Source: an uncultured Verrucomicrobiae bacterium
GTDB taxonomy: Bacteria; Verrucomicrobiota; Verrucomicrobiia; Chthoniobacterales; JAFAMB01
DNA: 64,000 nt
Assembly: GCA_963837955.1 (NCBI GenBank)
Contig: CAWIPH010000002.1
Location: forward strand, 1,568,001-1,632,000
Reading direction: 5' to 3'
Positions 8,282-18,298 of this stretch are shown here, piece by piece (the stretch's first letter is position 1; the number at the start of each line of letters is the position of its first letter). Both the position numbers and the translations under genes were made by a program. The notes under the pieces are model-generated. The model saw only the letters and a program-made list of their open reading frames with translations, had not been told where the DNA came from and ran no database searches.

Positions 8282-11080
8282 GTGAACGTCTCCATCCAAC
8301 TCTTCAGCCATGTCGATGACGCTTGGGAAGACGATGTGCGTGCCTGGCTCGACGCGGGCACCAAAGCCGCCCTCTCAGGCCAAAAGGTTTGGATGGTCTG
8401 CCGATCTTTTCTGCAGGCGAATTGGCTACGCCGGCGTTCTCTGGAAGAACGAAAGCCTATCGTCGGTGTTCGATTCCTCGATTTGCGAAGGATGCGTCGT
8501 GAACTCTGTCTCCGGGCAGGATTGCCTACCCCTTCATTCGGACGCGAGACGTTAAGCCTATTGTTGCGAGCCAGGATGGGAGACGCAGAAGCCTCGTCCG
8601 CATTTGCCGGACAAGTTTTAGACGCATTGGACGATCTGGCTGCTTGTGGATGGCTGGATCGTTTCGGGGCCGGCGCTGCTCTCGATCTGCTCGATATCCC
8701 GCGGGAACTCCGCGTCCCGGTTGAACAAATTATTGGTTCATTATTCTGGCGACCCAGAGTGGACCGGGCCCTCGTTGAAGCCGCCATCAAAATACCCGGG
8801 CTACGAATCGGCTTTTTCGGCCTTGATGCTCGGTCCCTTAATCAACAGGAATTGCTCACGGCAGCGGTTAGTGCGGCCGAGGACGCACGTTTTTGGTTGG
8901 CTCAACCGTTCGTGAGTGAGGACATCTTCATGCAATGGGTTGGACGATTAGAGTCTCGCTTAGGCGGTGTGGTAACCGTAACTCCTAGCGAAGGTGAATC
9001 CAGGCCGTACGAAGATTTAGTTGGCAAGTTTCTCTATGCTTCCGGGCCATCGGTGAATATGGCGCGGCTCGTTCGAGCGGAACGATGGTCCGATCAAATC
9101 CGCGCTGTGGTGGCGATCGTCCAGAATCAGTTTGAACGTGGAAGCCGGAATGTTGCGGTCATGGTACCGGAGGGGTCTCCGACCGGACCAGCCGTTGTGG
9201 AAGCATTAACCTCGGCGGGAATCGCAGTAGCAGATGAGTTCCGATCCAACGCGATGCTGGGCCCTCCAGAAAGAGTTCACCGTTGGTTGGCCGAATGGAT
9301 AGGAGGGGCGCAGACTCCCGAGAAGTTGCTTGAGTTTTTCGGTCTTCTCAGCCGGAGTCCGGAAAGTTTTGCCAGGTTTCGGGAATATTTATTTGATCAA
9401 TTCGATCGTCGCCAAAGTCGATCGATCACCGCGCTTTTGTCTTCCGAGTCTCGTTACCCATGGGTTCAAGACCTGCTTAGCATCGGACTAGATTGGCCGG
9501 AGTCCGGTTCCTGGAAACATCTCGAAGCGAAATGGCAAAAAACCATTTTGCTGTTCGAAGAGTTCCTGCTTAGCCATGGAAGCGCTCTGCGAACGGTAAC
9601 GATCTCGCTGGAATCTCTGCAACCGAATTGGGACGAAATCCGGAACGCTTTGGGAGATCTAATGCTCTCGTCCAAAGTTTTTCTTCGATTCGTTGCTGAC
9701 TCACTGGCAAACCCTAACCGCGCCGGACACCCCGAAGCTTCTCATCGTTACGCGCCAGTGGTTGTAAGTACGCCGGAGCAATTGCATGCGACCAGCTGGG
9801 ATTCAGTGATCCTGACCGATGGCGTAGGTGATCTGTGGACGAAGCTAACGAGCCGGGATTCTCTGTTGGTACAAGAATTCCGAAGATCCGCTCGACAGCA
9901 AGGTCTCCTATTAGTGAGCCTGCAGGAGGAATCTCTTCTGCGGGAGGACTCGATTCTCCAACTGCTCCTGCACGCACGCCGGTCTGCGACTATCTGTTTT
10001 TACCGTAAAGAGGAAAATGGTGAGGAGGTCGATGCGAATCGGGTCGTTACGTTCCTCGAGCGCGGTCTTCATGCGGAAGTGGAGGCGTTTGTGGCCGCTC
10101 CAATCGTCTACCCGAATGATTTTGAGCAACTGCGGGAGATTCGCGAATCGCGGTGCAATCCGGAGCATGCCTTTGACGAATATCTGTTGAATTTCAGCTC
10201 GCTCGAACTCAATCCAACGGCTTGGTCCGCTTCTCAACTTCAGAGCGCGATTGCTGCCTCCGGCACTTTTGCCTTTCGGGTTTTGTTTAGGCTCGAACGG
10301 AATTGGGATCTCGGATTTGAGCGAGACGAGCGCAAGACTCTGGGAATCCTAGTCCATCGGCTGCTCGGCCACATTCTGAGAAACCCATTTGGAGATTTGT
10401 TCGAGAACGGCCTGACCGATTTGCGGGAAAGTCGGGACTTGAGAGAGAGCCGCGGTCCCGACGCGCATCGTCATATCAAAAGACTTGTTCGGGAACTGGA
10501 TTTTCCGAAAGACGATCTCTGGTGGCAATCGATGATCGATAAAGCGGTTTTCTTCGCGGAACGATTGTTGGGCGAGATCGGTCCTTGGCTGGAAAAGTTC
10601 CCATACGGATCTTCGGAGCATTCGACGGGAGAGATGAGCGTAGGCGAGCCGAAGATTTGGTTGAAAGGAAGATTGGATCTTTTGTTAGCTGCCGCTAACA
10701 CTGTGCCAGGAGCGGAGATCACAATTATTGATTTCAAGACCGCCGGATCCCCGCGCCTGATTAAAGCCGATACGGGTGAAGGTTTTCAGTTTGTGGCCTA
10801 TCGTCTGCTCGCCGAAGAAATGGGTGCGATCTTCTGCAATCAGATCGCCGTCCTCCCGACCGGATCCAAGGATCTAGGGGCAGTAAAGCAACCCGAAGAA
10901 ATTGAAAGGAAGTTGGCCGAACTGGCCTGGATGCAGAGGCGAACTTGTTTTGGGCACGCGCCACTTTTGCGCGGAGAATTCGGCATTCGTGAGAATCTGC
11001 CGATTGCGACATTGGCTATTCCAGCCTGGATCCTTCGGAAGAAGCGCGCGTTAACCCTCAAGCAAGGTGGGGTCGGTTGA
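8282..11080 (+). CDS. AddB/RexB-like protein with C-terminal PD-(D/E)XK nuclease domain
   Basis: LGILVHRLL, KGRLDLL, IIDFKT and FQFVAY motifs; lies directly upstream of the AddA-like helicase. Confidence 0.7.
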   Translation: MNVSIQLFSHVDDAWEDDVRAWLDAGTKAALSGQKVWMVCRSFLQANWLRRRSLEERKPIVGVRFLDLRRMRRELCLRAGLPTPSFGRETLSLLLRARMGDAEASSAFAGQVLDALDDLAACGWLDRFGAGAALDLLDIPRELRVPVEQIIGSLFWRPRVDRALVEAAIKIPGLRIGFFGLDARSLNQQELLTAAVSAAEDARFWLAQPFVSEDIFMQWVGRLESRLGGVVTVTPSEGESRPYEDLVGKFLYASGPSVNMARLVRAERWSDQIRAVVAIVQNQFERGSRNVAVMVPEGSPTGPAVVEALTSAGIAVADEFRSNAMLGPPERVHRWLAEWIGGAQTPEKLLEFFGLLSRSPESFARFREYLFDQFDRRQSRSITALLSSESRYPWVQDLLSIGLDWPESGSWKHLEAKWQKTILLFEEFLLSHGSALRTVTISLESLQPNWDEIRNALGDLMLSSKVFLRFVADSLANPNRAGHPEASHRYAPVVVSTPEQLHATSWDSVILTDGVGDLWTKLTSRDSLLVQEFRRSARQQGLLLVSLQEESLLREDSILQLLLHARRSATICFYRKEENGEEVDANRVVTFLERGLHAEVEAFVAAPIVYPNDFEQLREIRESRCNPEHAFDEYLLNFSSLELNPTAWSASQLQSAIAASGTFAFRVLFRLERNWDLGFERDERKTLGILVHRLLGHILRNPFGDLFENGLTDLRESRDLRESRGPDAHRHIKRLVRELDFPKDDLWWQSMIDKAVFFAERLLGEIGPWLEKFPYGSSEHSTGEMSVGEPKIWLKGRLDLLLAAANTVPGAEITIIDFKTAGSPRLIKADTGEGFQFVAYRLLAEEMGAIFCNQIAVLPTGSKDLGAVKQPEEIERKLAELAWMQRRTCFGHAPLLRGEFGIRENLPIATLAIPAWILRKKRALTLKQGGVG

Positions 11081-11083
11081 TCG

Positions 11084-11107
11084 GTAGGGTCGAGCTCCCG
11101 CTCGACC
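11084..11107 (+). repeat. GTAG-type REP (gtagggtcgagctcccgctcgacc)
   Basis: GTAG followed by a hairpin; related inverted copies at 16242-16265 and 16279-16300. Confidence 0.7.
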
Positions 11108-11147
11108 TCTTTCCACAAAAATGCAAAACCCTGAGCTCTAAAAATCC

Positions 11148-14054
11148 ATGGACGAAGCAGCCAGGAATCTTTTCCGTACCGCGTTAGATCAGAATTATTG
11201 TGTGGTTGCTGGTGCCGGATCCGGCAAAACCACCGCGATCGTCGAGCGAATCTGTGAACTGGCTACTCGGGATCCCGGTGCCTTGCGACGCTTGGTTGTT
11301 GTTACTTATACGAATAGTTCGGCACTCGAGTTTAAGAGCCGAGCCAGGCAACGACTACTTGATACGGTATCGGAAACGGAGGCCCTCATTTATCTGCGCG
11401 CGCTGGAGCAAGCATATTTCGGAACGATCCACGGGTTCTGCCTGAACTTGATCCGCGAATTCAGAAGCCGGCTCAGACTTCCCGAACAATTGCGAGTGCC
11501 ATCTGACGCGGAGCGCACCCTGCTTTGGGAAGTTTTTGTCGCCGATTCGCCAGAGCTTATTCAACTAGCAAAACACCCGGTAACTCGCTCGCTTCTCCGC
11601 GTTTGTACCCTATCAGATCTCTTGGACGTCTCGAAACGATTTCGTCCAAGCACGACGGTGGATCCGCCAACCCGGCGGATGCCTCTGCCCAATTTAACCA
11701 GGATCAGCTCCATTGCGGTTTCGAAACAGTCCAGGAAGAAGAAACAAACCACGATCGAGGGTTTGGAGGCCTTTATAAAAAGATGGTCGAGTGGTTCAGG
11801 CTTCAGCTCGTTGCCCAGATGCGAGACATCCAGGTTAAAAGATGCATTTGAGACCCAAATGGCGCCTGTGGCTGCCTGGCTCGAGGAAGGCGCCGAATGG
11901 TTTGCGGATCGACTGGCCAGAAGCTTCCGCACCTGGTGCATACAGCAAGGTGTCCTTTCTTACTCCGATCAAATTGATGTTTGCGTTGAACTCTTAAAGC
12001 AGCCGGATCTTCTCGACCAAGTGCGCCGCCGTGAATTGATCGTTGTAGTCGACGAAGCACAAGACACCGACGCGCGGATGTTTCAGGTATTTATCGAACT
12101 CACCCGCCCTCCGGGCGAACTCTTTGGCGATTGGCCGGGACCCGGGAAGCCGCCAATTCCGGGTCGGTTTTGTCTAGTCGGCGATCCGCGGCAAACGATC
12201 TACGAACGGAGTAAAACGGGCAGGTTCGCTGAACTCGCTGAGCAATTCGCCTCGGAAAACCAACTGATTCGATTCAATGTGACGTATCGGTGTGCAGGAA
12301 ACGTCGTCCAACGGATTAACGAACTTTTTGGATCGGAGGCCGTGGAAGGCATTCCCTTTGACGACTTAGCGGCGCGTCCCGACGCGCGAGAAGGATTGGT
12401 AGCTAAGTTGCCGTTCACAGTGGACGAGCACGTGGAGAGCGAAGACGAAATCGAGCCGCTGGTTGCCGAGTCTGAGGCCGTCGCAAAATGGCTCTCTCAA
12501 TTTCGTCCTTCCGATCTGAACCTGAGTTCGTGGAGTGATATCGCCATCGTCGCGCCGCGGCACGAGTGGCTCATCATCAGCGGTGATGCGCTGAAGAAAT
12601 TCGGCGTGCCGTATAGTTTCTTCAGACCCAAAATCTCACGGTCAGGAATCGCTGCCTTTGCCTGGCCCGTCTCGTTGATTTATACGCTCGTTTATCCCTG
12701 GGATAGATTCGAACGGAACGGCGTGCTTAGAGAGTTTTTTGGCTTGGCCGACACTGACCTGTTTCTCGCTCAGAAAGGGAATAGCGGAAAACTCTATCGC
12801 GAAGTCGCAGAACTGTTGGAGACGGCCCGCCACGAATTCATTTCCGGCAAGCGTCGATCGTTGCTCTACTTTTTTGATCGATTGGTGGAACGGTTTCGAT
12901 TGAGGGAACGACTAGTTGCGGTAGCCGAGGATATCAGCGGGCTCGATCAGCTCCGCTGGGAAGCTGCCAAAGCGGACGAACGTGGTATGGACCTGGAAGC
13001 ATGGTTGGCAGAGCTGCTTTCGTGGTTGCAAGACTCTGCTCAACCGTCAAAATCACCCGCTCAAGGAGTGGAATTAATTACGACCCATTCGGCGAAGGGC
13101 TTGGAATGGGAGTGGGTGATCCCGATCGGATTCAGAAAAAGATTCTCACATCGTAACGAACGGTATCCACGGGTTCAAAGTGACGAGAACTGCCACGTTG
13201 TCTGGTCCAATATTAGCCGGCGAGCAGTACGCGATGAAGAAGCGAGGAAAATCCATATCAAGCGGCTTCTTTACGTCACCCTAACGCGAGCTAAGACCGG
13301 ATTAATCCTTCCGACACCCGAAGGGGCCTATAACGCCGGGAGACAGGGAATCGCGTATAACGAAGTTATTTCCCAGAATCGCGTAGATCTGCCTACAGCC
13401 GATGAGGCGATCCGATCATTCAAAGCGGAGCCTGATGAAGAGCGCAGGCCGAGCGAGATAGTGCAACGAATCTTCCCCACTACCGAAGGGGTTTCGTCTA
13501 TACCGCAGCCGCCGCGTTTGGTACGCCCTCATCAGCTGGCGGATGATTCGCCGGTTTTGCATCTCCAGTTTGCGGAAGCGGCGGGATCGTACGACTACGG
13601 AAAATGGTGGCATTCCTGGGTTGAGTTATTCCCGTGGGGCCAAGATGCCGAGCAATGGAAAAGTTATAGTAACAGCGCGACGCCGCCGATTTCCTATCGT
13701 GAACGCGCCGGAAAAGAGACCGGCGCGCTCCTAGCCAGTGAAGAGCTGCGCCGGTTGTGCCGAGGTGCGATTTGGTTCCAATCCGAGTTTCCATTTTCGT
13801 GGCCAAAGACAGCCGGGGATTGGTACGAAGGAGTGATCGATCTCCTGATCGGGATGGCGGACGGAACAATCTATATAATCGATTGGAAGACAAACCAAGC
13901 CGCGTTGAACGAATCGGCCGAACAGCTAGCAGAACACCTCCGTCAACAATATCTCCCGCAACTCGAAAGCTATCGAGAAGCACTCCAAAGCATGATGGAG
14001 GACAGAAAAATCGAGATCGCTATTTACTCCACGGTTCTGGGGCGATTTGTTTAG
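11148..14054 (+). CDS. UvrD/AddA-like SF1 helicase-nuclease
   Basis: AGAGSGKT, VVDEAQDT, VGDPRQTIY, TTHSAKGLEW and LLYVTLTRAK helicase motifs; C-terminal GVIDLL...IIDWKT...QLESY nuclease. Confidence 0.88.
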   Translation: MDEAARNLFRTALDQNYCVVAGAGSGKTTAIVERICELATRDPGALRRLVVVTYTNSSALEFKSRARQRLLDTVSETEALIYLRALEQAYFGTIHGFCLNLIREFRSRLRLPEQLRVPSDAERTLLWEVFVADSPELIQLAKHPVTRSLLRVCTLSDLLDVSKRFRPSTTVDPPTRRMPLPNLTRISSIAVSKQSRKKKQTTIEGLEAFIKRWSSGSGFSSLPRCETSRLKDAFETQMAPVAAWLEEGAEWFADRLARSFRTWCIQQGVLSYSDQIDVCVELLKQPDLLDQVRRRELIVVVDEAQDTDARMFQVFIELTRPPGELFGDWPGPGKPPIPGRFCLVGDPRQTIYERSKTGRFAELAEQFASENQLIRFNVTYRCAGNVVQRINELFGSEAVEGIPFDDLAARPDAREGLVAKLPFTVDEHVESEDEIEPLVAESEAVAKWLSQFRPSDLNLSSWSDIAIVAPRHEWLIISGDALKKFGVPYSFFRPKISRSGIAAFAWPVSLIYTLVYPWDRFERNGVLREFFGLADTDLFLAQKGNSGKLYREVAELLETARHEFISGKRRSLLYFFDRLVERFRLRERLVAVAEDISGLDQLRWEAAKADERGMDLEAWLAELLSWLQDSAQPSKSPAQGVELITTHSAKGLEWEWVIPIGFRKRFSHRNERYPRVQSDENCHVVWSNISRRAVRDEEARKIHIKRLLYVTLTRAKTGLILPTPEGAYNAGRQGIAYNEVISQNRVDLPTADEAIRSFKAEPDEERRPSEIVQRIFPTTEGVSSIPQPPRLVRPHQLADDSPVLHLQFAEAAGSYDYGKWWHSWVELFPWGQDAEQWKSYSNSATPPISYRERAGKETGALLASEELRRLCRGAIWFQSEFPFSWPKTAGDWYEGVIDLLIGMADGTIYIIDWKTNQAALNESAEQLAEHLRQQYLPQLESYREALQSMMEDRKIEIAIYSTVLGRFV

Positions 14055-14090
14055 CGGGGGAGGGATCGCGTCCTCGCGATCCGCCGCAAA

Positions 14091-14930
14091 GTAGCCTGAT
14101 CGTCCACGCTCAGGTTCGAGCGTACGGCATTTCGGAACGCGCTCTTTCGACAGTTGGGCGCGGAATTGGATGGCAGCCGTGAACCGGCTCAAATAAATTT
14201 TCGCCCACCGACGCTGGGCGGGCTAGCGTTCCATCCGAGGACGATTGCCAGCGACCGTTTCCGACGCAGCTAATAGACTAACTTTGTCATCTGTCATTTG
14301 TCATTCATTCGAGCCTAGAGGGCGAGAATGGGGTAGCCTGATCGTCCACGCTCAGGTTCGAGCGTACGGCATTTCGGAGCGCGCTCTTTCGACAATTAGG
14401 CGCGGAATTGGATGGCATTGCGCTTCGGTTACTGAGGCTGGAGCATCAGTCTACTTTGCGCCGAGGACGATTGCCAGCGACCGTTTCCGACGCAGCTAAT
14501 AGACTAACTTTGTCATCTGTCATTTGTCATTCATTCGAGCCTAGGGCGAGAGTGGGGTAGCCTGATCGTCCACGCTCAGGTTCGAGCGTACGGCATTTCG
14601 GAACGCGCTCTTTCGACAGTTGGGCGCGGAATTGGATGGCAGCCGTGAACCGGCTCAAATAAATTTTCGCCCTACCGACGCTGGGCGGGGCTAGCGTTCC
14701 ATCCGAGGACGAGGACGATTCGCCAGCGACGATTTTCCGACGCAGCTAATAGACTAACTTTGTCATCTGTCATTTGTCATTCATTCGAGCCTAGGGGGAG
14801 AATGGGGTAGCCTGATCGTCCACGCTCAGGTTCGAGGCGTACGGCATTTCGGAACGCGCTCTTTCGACAGGTGGGTGCGGAATTGGATGGAATTGCGCTT
14901 CGATTACTGAGGCTGGAGCATCAGTCTACT
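14091..14930. repeat. Tandem array of about 3.5 REP-containing units (~225-250 bp) with alternating internal modules
   Basis: Units start with gtagcctgatcgtccacgctcagg at 14091, 14333, 14557 and 14807. Confidence 0.9.
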
Positions 14931-14950
14931 TTGCGTCTTTGCGTGAGATT

Positions 14951-15874
14951 TTATGGATACTGCACCCCGCGCGTCGCGACATACACGGCATACAGCGAAG
15001 TGGTGGCCGTAATGAAGATCCGATTCCTTTTTGGTCCACCAAAGGTCAGGTTCGAGACCGGCTCCGGAACCTTGATCTTGCCGAGCAAACGTCCGGAGGG
15101 AGAATAGCAATGGACGCCATCCCCGGCGCTGGACCAGACATTCCCTTGCACGTCGAGACGGATACCGTCGGGAATGCCAGGATTAACTTCGGTAAAAACT
15201 TGTCCCCCGGTCAGACTTTTGCCGTTTAGCACATCGAACACCCGAATGTGATGGGGGCCTTGCGAAGCGTGCGATGCGCCGGTGTCGACGATGTAAAGCT
15301 TTGATTCATCCGGTGAAAAAGCGAGACCGTTGGGCTTATCGAAATCGTTGGCAACCACTGCCAAAGATCCGTCGGCGGGATCAAACCGAAACACATAGGC
15401 GCCGCCGTAGGCGCTCGAATCTTGTTGACCCTCATAATCACTGAGGATTCCGTATGGCGGATCGGTAAACCAGATCGTCGAATCCGATTTTACGACGACA
15501 TCGTTGGGCGAGTTAAGCCGTTTTCCATCGAATTTGCTGACTATCTCGGTGATCTTACCATCGATTTCGGTCCGGCTTACCCGCCGAGCGAAATGTTCGC
15601 AGCTGACCAGCCTCCCCTGGCGATCGCGGGTATTTCCGTTACTGCAATTTGAAGGATACCTGAATAGGTCAACGTTGCCGTTAGCCCATCGTAACATCCG
15701 ATTGTTCGGGATATCGCTCCAGACCAGGTAATCGCCATCAGCGAAATAAACCGGTCCTTCGGCCCAGAGGGTTCCCGAATGGAGCCGTTCTACCCAGCCG
15801 TTGCCCAGAATAAGGAAGTGAAACGATTCATCGTACAACTCAAATTCATCACGAATACCGGAAGTTTTTTTCAT
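14951..15874 (-). CDS. SMP-30/gluconolactonase/LRE family protein
   Basis: WAEGPVY, WSDIPNNR, LNSPNDVVV, IWFTDPPYG, PNGLAFSPDE and PDGIRLD motifs. Confidence 0.92.
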   Translation of the reverse strand: MKKTSGIRDEFELYDESFHFLILGNGWVERLHSGTLWAEGPVYFADGDYLVWSDIPNNRMLRWANGNVDLFRYPSNCSNGNTRDRQGRLVSCEHFARRVSRTEIDGKITEIVSKFDGKRLNSPNDVVVKSDSTIWFTDPPYGILSDYEGQQDSSAYGGAYVFRFDPADGSLAVVANDFDKPNGLAFSPDESKLYIVDTGASHASQGPHHIRVFDVLNGKSLTGGQVFTEVNPGIPDGIRLDVQGNVWSSAGDGVHCYSPSGRLLGKIKVPEPVSNLTFGGPKRNRIFITATTSLYAVYVATRGVQYP

Positions 15875-15968
15875 TTATGATTTTGGGGGAAATGACTGAA
15901 ACGTGCCTCTGAGGACAAGAGCTTTCGCTAAAAGTCTGTCTACCAATAAACCAGCGGTTGATACAATA

Positions 15969-16300
15969 AATAGCCGCAAAAGAACGCAAAGATCGCAAAG
16001 AAAAAGGAGCGCATCTTCCAGCGTGGGTAGGGCGAAACAGGCCGGGAATAAGGCGCTAGCCGCCCGGCCTGTGAGCCGTATTCCCAGGACTTTTCCAACC
16101 GTGAACAGACGCGAATTGACTCGAATATGTTCCGTTGATTCGTGTCCATTCGTGGTTCGTATTCCGTCTTTTTTGCGTTCTCTGCGTTCTTTCGCGGCTA
16201 TTGATTCTATTCGTGGTTCATCATTCGTTTTGACAAGAAACGGACGAGCGGGAGCTCGTCCCTACCGTTTTGTTACGCACGAGCGGGAGCTCGTCCCTAC
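15969..16300. repeat. Intergenic nonamer-repeat inverted structure plus two REPs
   Basis: aatagccgcaaaagaacgcaaagatcgcaaag is mirrored by ttttttgcgttctctgcgttctttcgcggctatt (16169-16202); the same motif follows mdh (17351-17383). Confidence 0.65.
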
Positions 16301-16362
16301 CATTTTGCTCGTGGTTCAACGGTTCGCTTTGACAAGCAGCCCGCTTCTCTCATCGTTCTGCT

Positions 16363-17349
16363 ATGAAATCTCCCGTGAAAGTGGCCGTGACCGGAGCTGC
16401 CGGTCAGATCGGTTACTCCCTGCTTTTTCGCATCGCCTCCGGTTCTATGTTTGGTCCCGATCAACCCCTGGAACTTCACCTGATTGAAATTCCTCCGGTA
16501 TTACCGGCTCTGGAAGGGGTTGTCATGGAACTGGAAGATTGCGCGTTCCCTTTAGTGCAGCGCATCGTGCCAACCGCCGATCTCGACGAAGGATTTCGGG
16601 CCGTTAACTGTGCTCTGCTGGTAGGTAGCGTGCCCCGAAAGCAGGGGATGGAGCGGAAAGATCTACTTGGGATCAACGGAAAGATTTTCATTGGGCAAGG
16701 TAGGGCCATCGCGCGCAACGCCGCGTCAGACGTTCGTGTGCTTGTCGTGGGTAACCCCTGTAACACGAACTGTCTGATTGCTATGAACAACGCGCGTGAG
16801 ATCCCAAGTGACCGCTGGTTTGCCATGACGCGATTGGACGAAAATCGGGCTAAATCTCAACTGGCCAAGAAAGCAGGGGGGCACGTGACCGATGTGACCA
16901 ACATGGCGATCTGGGGAAATCATTCCGCGACGCAGTATCCCGATTTTTACAACGCAAGGATCGACGGCAAACCCGCGACCCAGGTCATCAAAGATGAAGC
17001 GTGGCTGAAAGAGACCTTCATTGCTACGGTCCAACAGAGAGGCGCTGCCGTAATCAAAGCGCGAGGCTCTTCCTCTGCAGCTTCAGCAGCTAACGCGGTC
17101 GTTGACACAGTCAATTCACTGATTTCCACCACGCCGATGGAAGACTGGCATAGTGTCGCCGTCTGTTCCGACGGAAGTTACGGAGTAGAGAAAGGTTTGA
17201 TTAGTTCGTTCCCCATTCGTAGCAACGGAACTGACTGGGAGATTGTCCAAGGTGTGCCGATCAACGAATTCAGCCGATCCAAGATCGACGCGAGCGTGCA
17301 AGAATTAGCCGAAGAACGATCGTTGGTTGCGGAGCTGCTGCCGAAGTGA
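16363..17349 (+). CDS. mdh: Malate dehydrogenase (type 2)
   Basis: [45 protein letters not shown] and [10 protein letters not shown] motifs. Confidence 0.97.
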   Translation: MKSPVKVAVTGAAGQIGYSLLFRIASGSMFGPDQPLELHLIEIPPVLPALEGVVMELEDCAFPLVQRIVPTADLDEGFRAVNCALLVGSVPRKQGMERKDLLGINGKIFIGQGRAIARNAASDVRVLVVGNPCNTNCLIAMNNAREIPSDRWFAMTRLDENRAKSQLAKKAGGHVTDVTNMAIWGNHSATQYPDFYNARIDGKPATQVIKDEAWLKETFIATVQQRGAAVIKARGSSSAASAANAVVDTVNSLISTTPMEDWHSVAVCSDGSYGVEKGLISSFPIRSNGTDWEIVQGVPINEFSRSKIDASVQELAEERSLVAELLPK

Positions 17350-17364
17350 AATAGCCACAAAAGA

Positions 17365-17735
17365 ACGCAGAGAACGCAAAGAGTTGGAAGCGTATTGGCG
17401 CCCAGCGCGGAACGCGGTGATGGGCCAAGCGGGGAACGCGTGATTCAAGATAGCCAAGAGAATGTTGGACTTCGCTTGATCGAAATCGATGAACGATTCT
17501 TCAGCGGCGAAGCCGCGATTCAAGATAGCCTAGGGTGCAGCCCTAGGAACAAGAATATACACGATGGTTAGCGCTGAAAGCGCGTGACAAAGACAAGCCG
17601 TATTGTGATTGCAAGTGTTCGGGCGAATCAATTTGTAGGAGATTAAGACGCGCCTTCAGCGCTTGCGGTGGTTGGGTTATCTGAATTCCTAGGGCTGCAC
17701 CCTAAGGCTATCTTGAATCGCGCGTTCCGCGCTTG
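17365..17735. repeat. Palindromic dispersed element (MITE/REPIN-like), copy 1
   Basis: Internal inverted arms gattcaagatagcctagggtgcagccctaggaa / ttcctagggctgcaccctaaggctatcttgaatc; inverted second copy at 41505-41963. Confidence 0.85.
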
Positions 17736-17904
17736 AACTATCACGCCCCTTCCTCCGTTTGCTCCGTTTTCTCCTGTTCAAAAAGAATCCGGAACGGAAC
17801 GCGCCTCTGTTTCTTCCTGTGGAACAAAAGGTCATGTACCGAGCCGCGATTTTCGCTTGCTTCGGACGGCTTGCCCAGTAGCTTAGCTCCCTGTTTTTTC
17901 TGAC

Positions 17905-17977
17905 GCACCGTTAGCTCAATTGGCAGAGCAAGTGACTCTTAATCACTGGGTTGTAGGTTCGATTCCTACACGGTGCA
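17905..17977 (+). tRNA. tRNA-Lys (CTT)
   Basis: Acceptor stem GCACCGT/ACGGTGC, D-arm TAGCTCAATTGGCAGAGC, anticodon arm AGTGA-CTCTTAA-TCACT, T-arm GTAGG-TTCGATT-CCTAC; CCA not encoded. Confidence 0.95.
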
Positions 17978-18298
17978 TAGCTCAGCCTAAACGACTTAGG
18001 TAAATTTCACGCTTTCGCGCAAATTCTTACTCGGCCACTTCTCGGCCACTTTTTTAAACGTGCCATGATGTTGGCGACGACCCTTTGGCTTACTCCATTT
18101 GCTTTCGCACTCTGTTGCACGAGGAGACAGCGCTCCTTAGCGTACGTAAATTTCCGTTTCCTGAGCGCACCCCACGTGTGTTCATCGCGGCTTAGGTTGC
18201 GGGTGCGTTTGTGGCTTTACCTGCGGTTGCGGCTGATGCTTGAGTGTGATCGGCCCGATTTGTATCGGAGTGAATAGTTTTTTCTGAATGTGCATACC

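Noticed and set aside
14091..14930. CRISPR array next to a helicase-nuclease pair
   Set aside because: The period is ~225-250 bp, the internal segments repeat (X-Y-X-Y) rather than being unique spacers, and the neighbours are AddAB-like with no cas genes.
18060..18200. Integrase remnant next to the tRNA
   Set aside because: The minus-strand peptide (…AKANGVSQRVVANIMA) is only vaguely integrase-like and shows no catalytic motifs.
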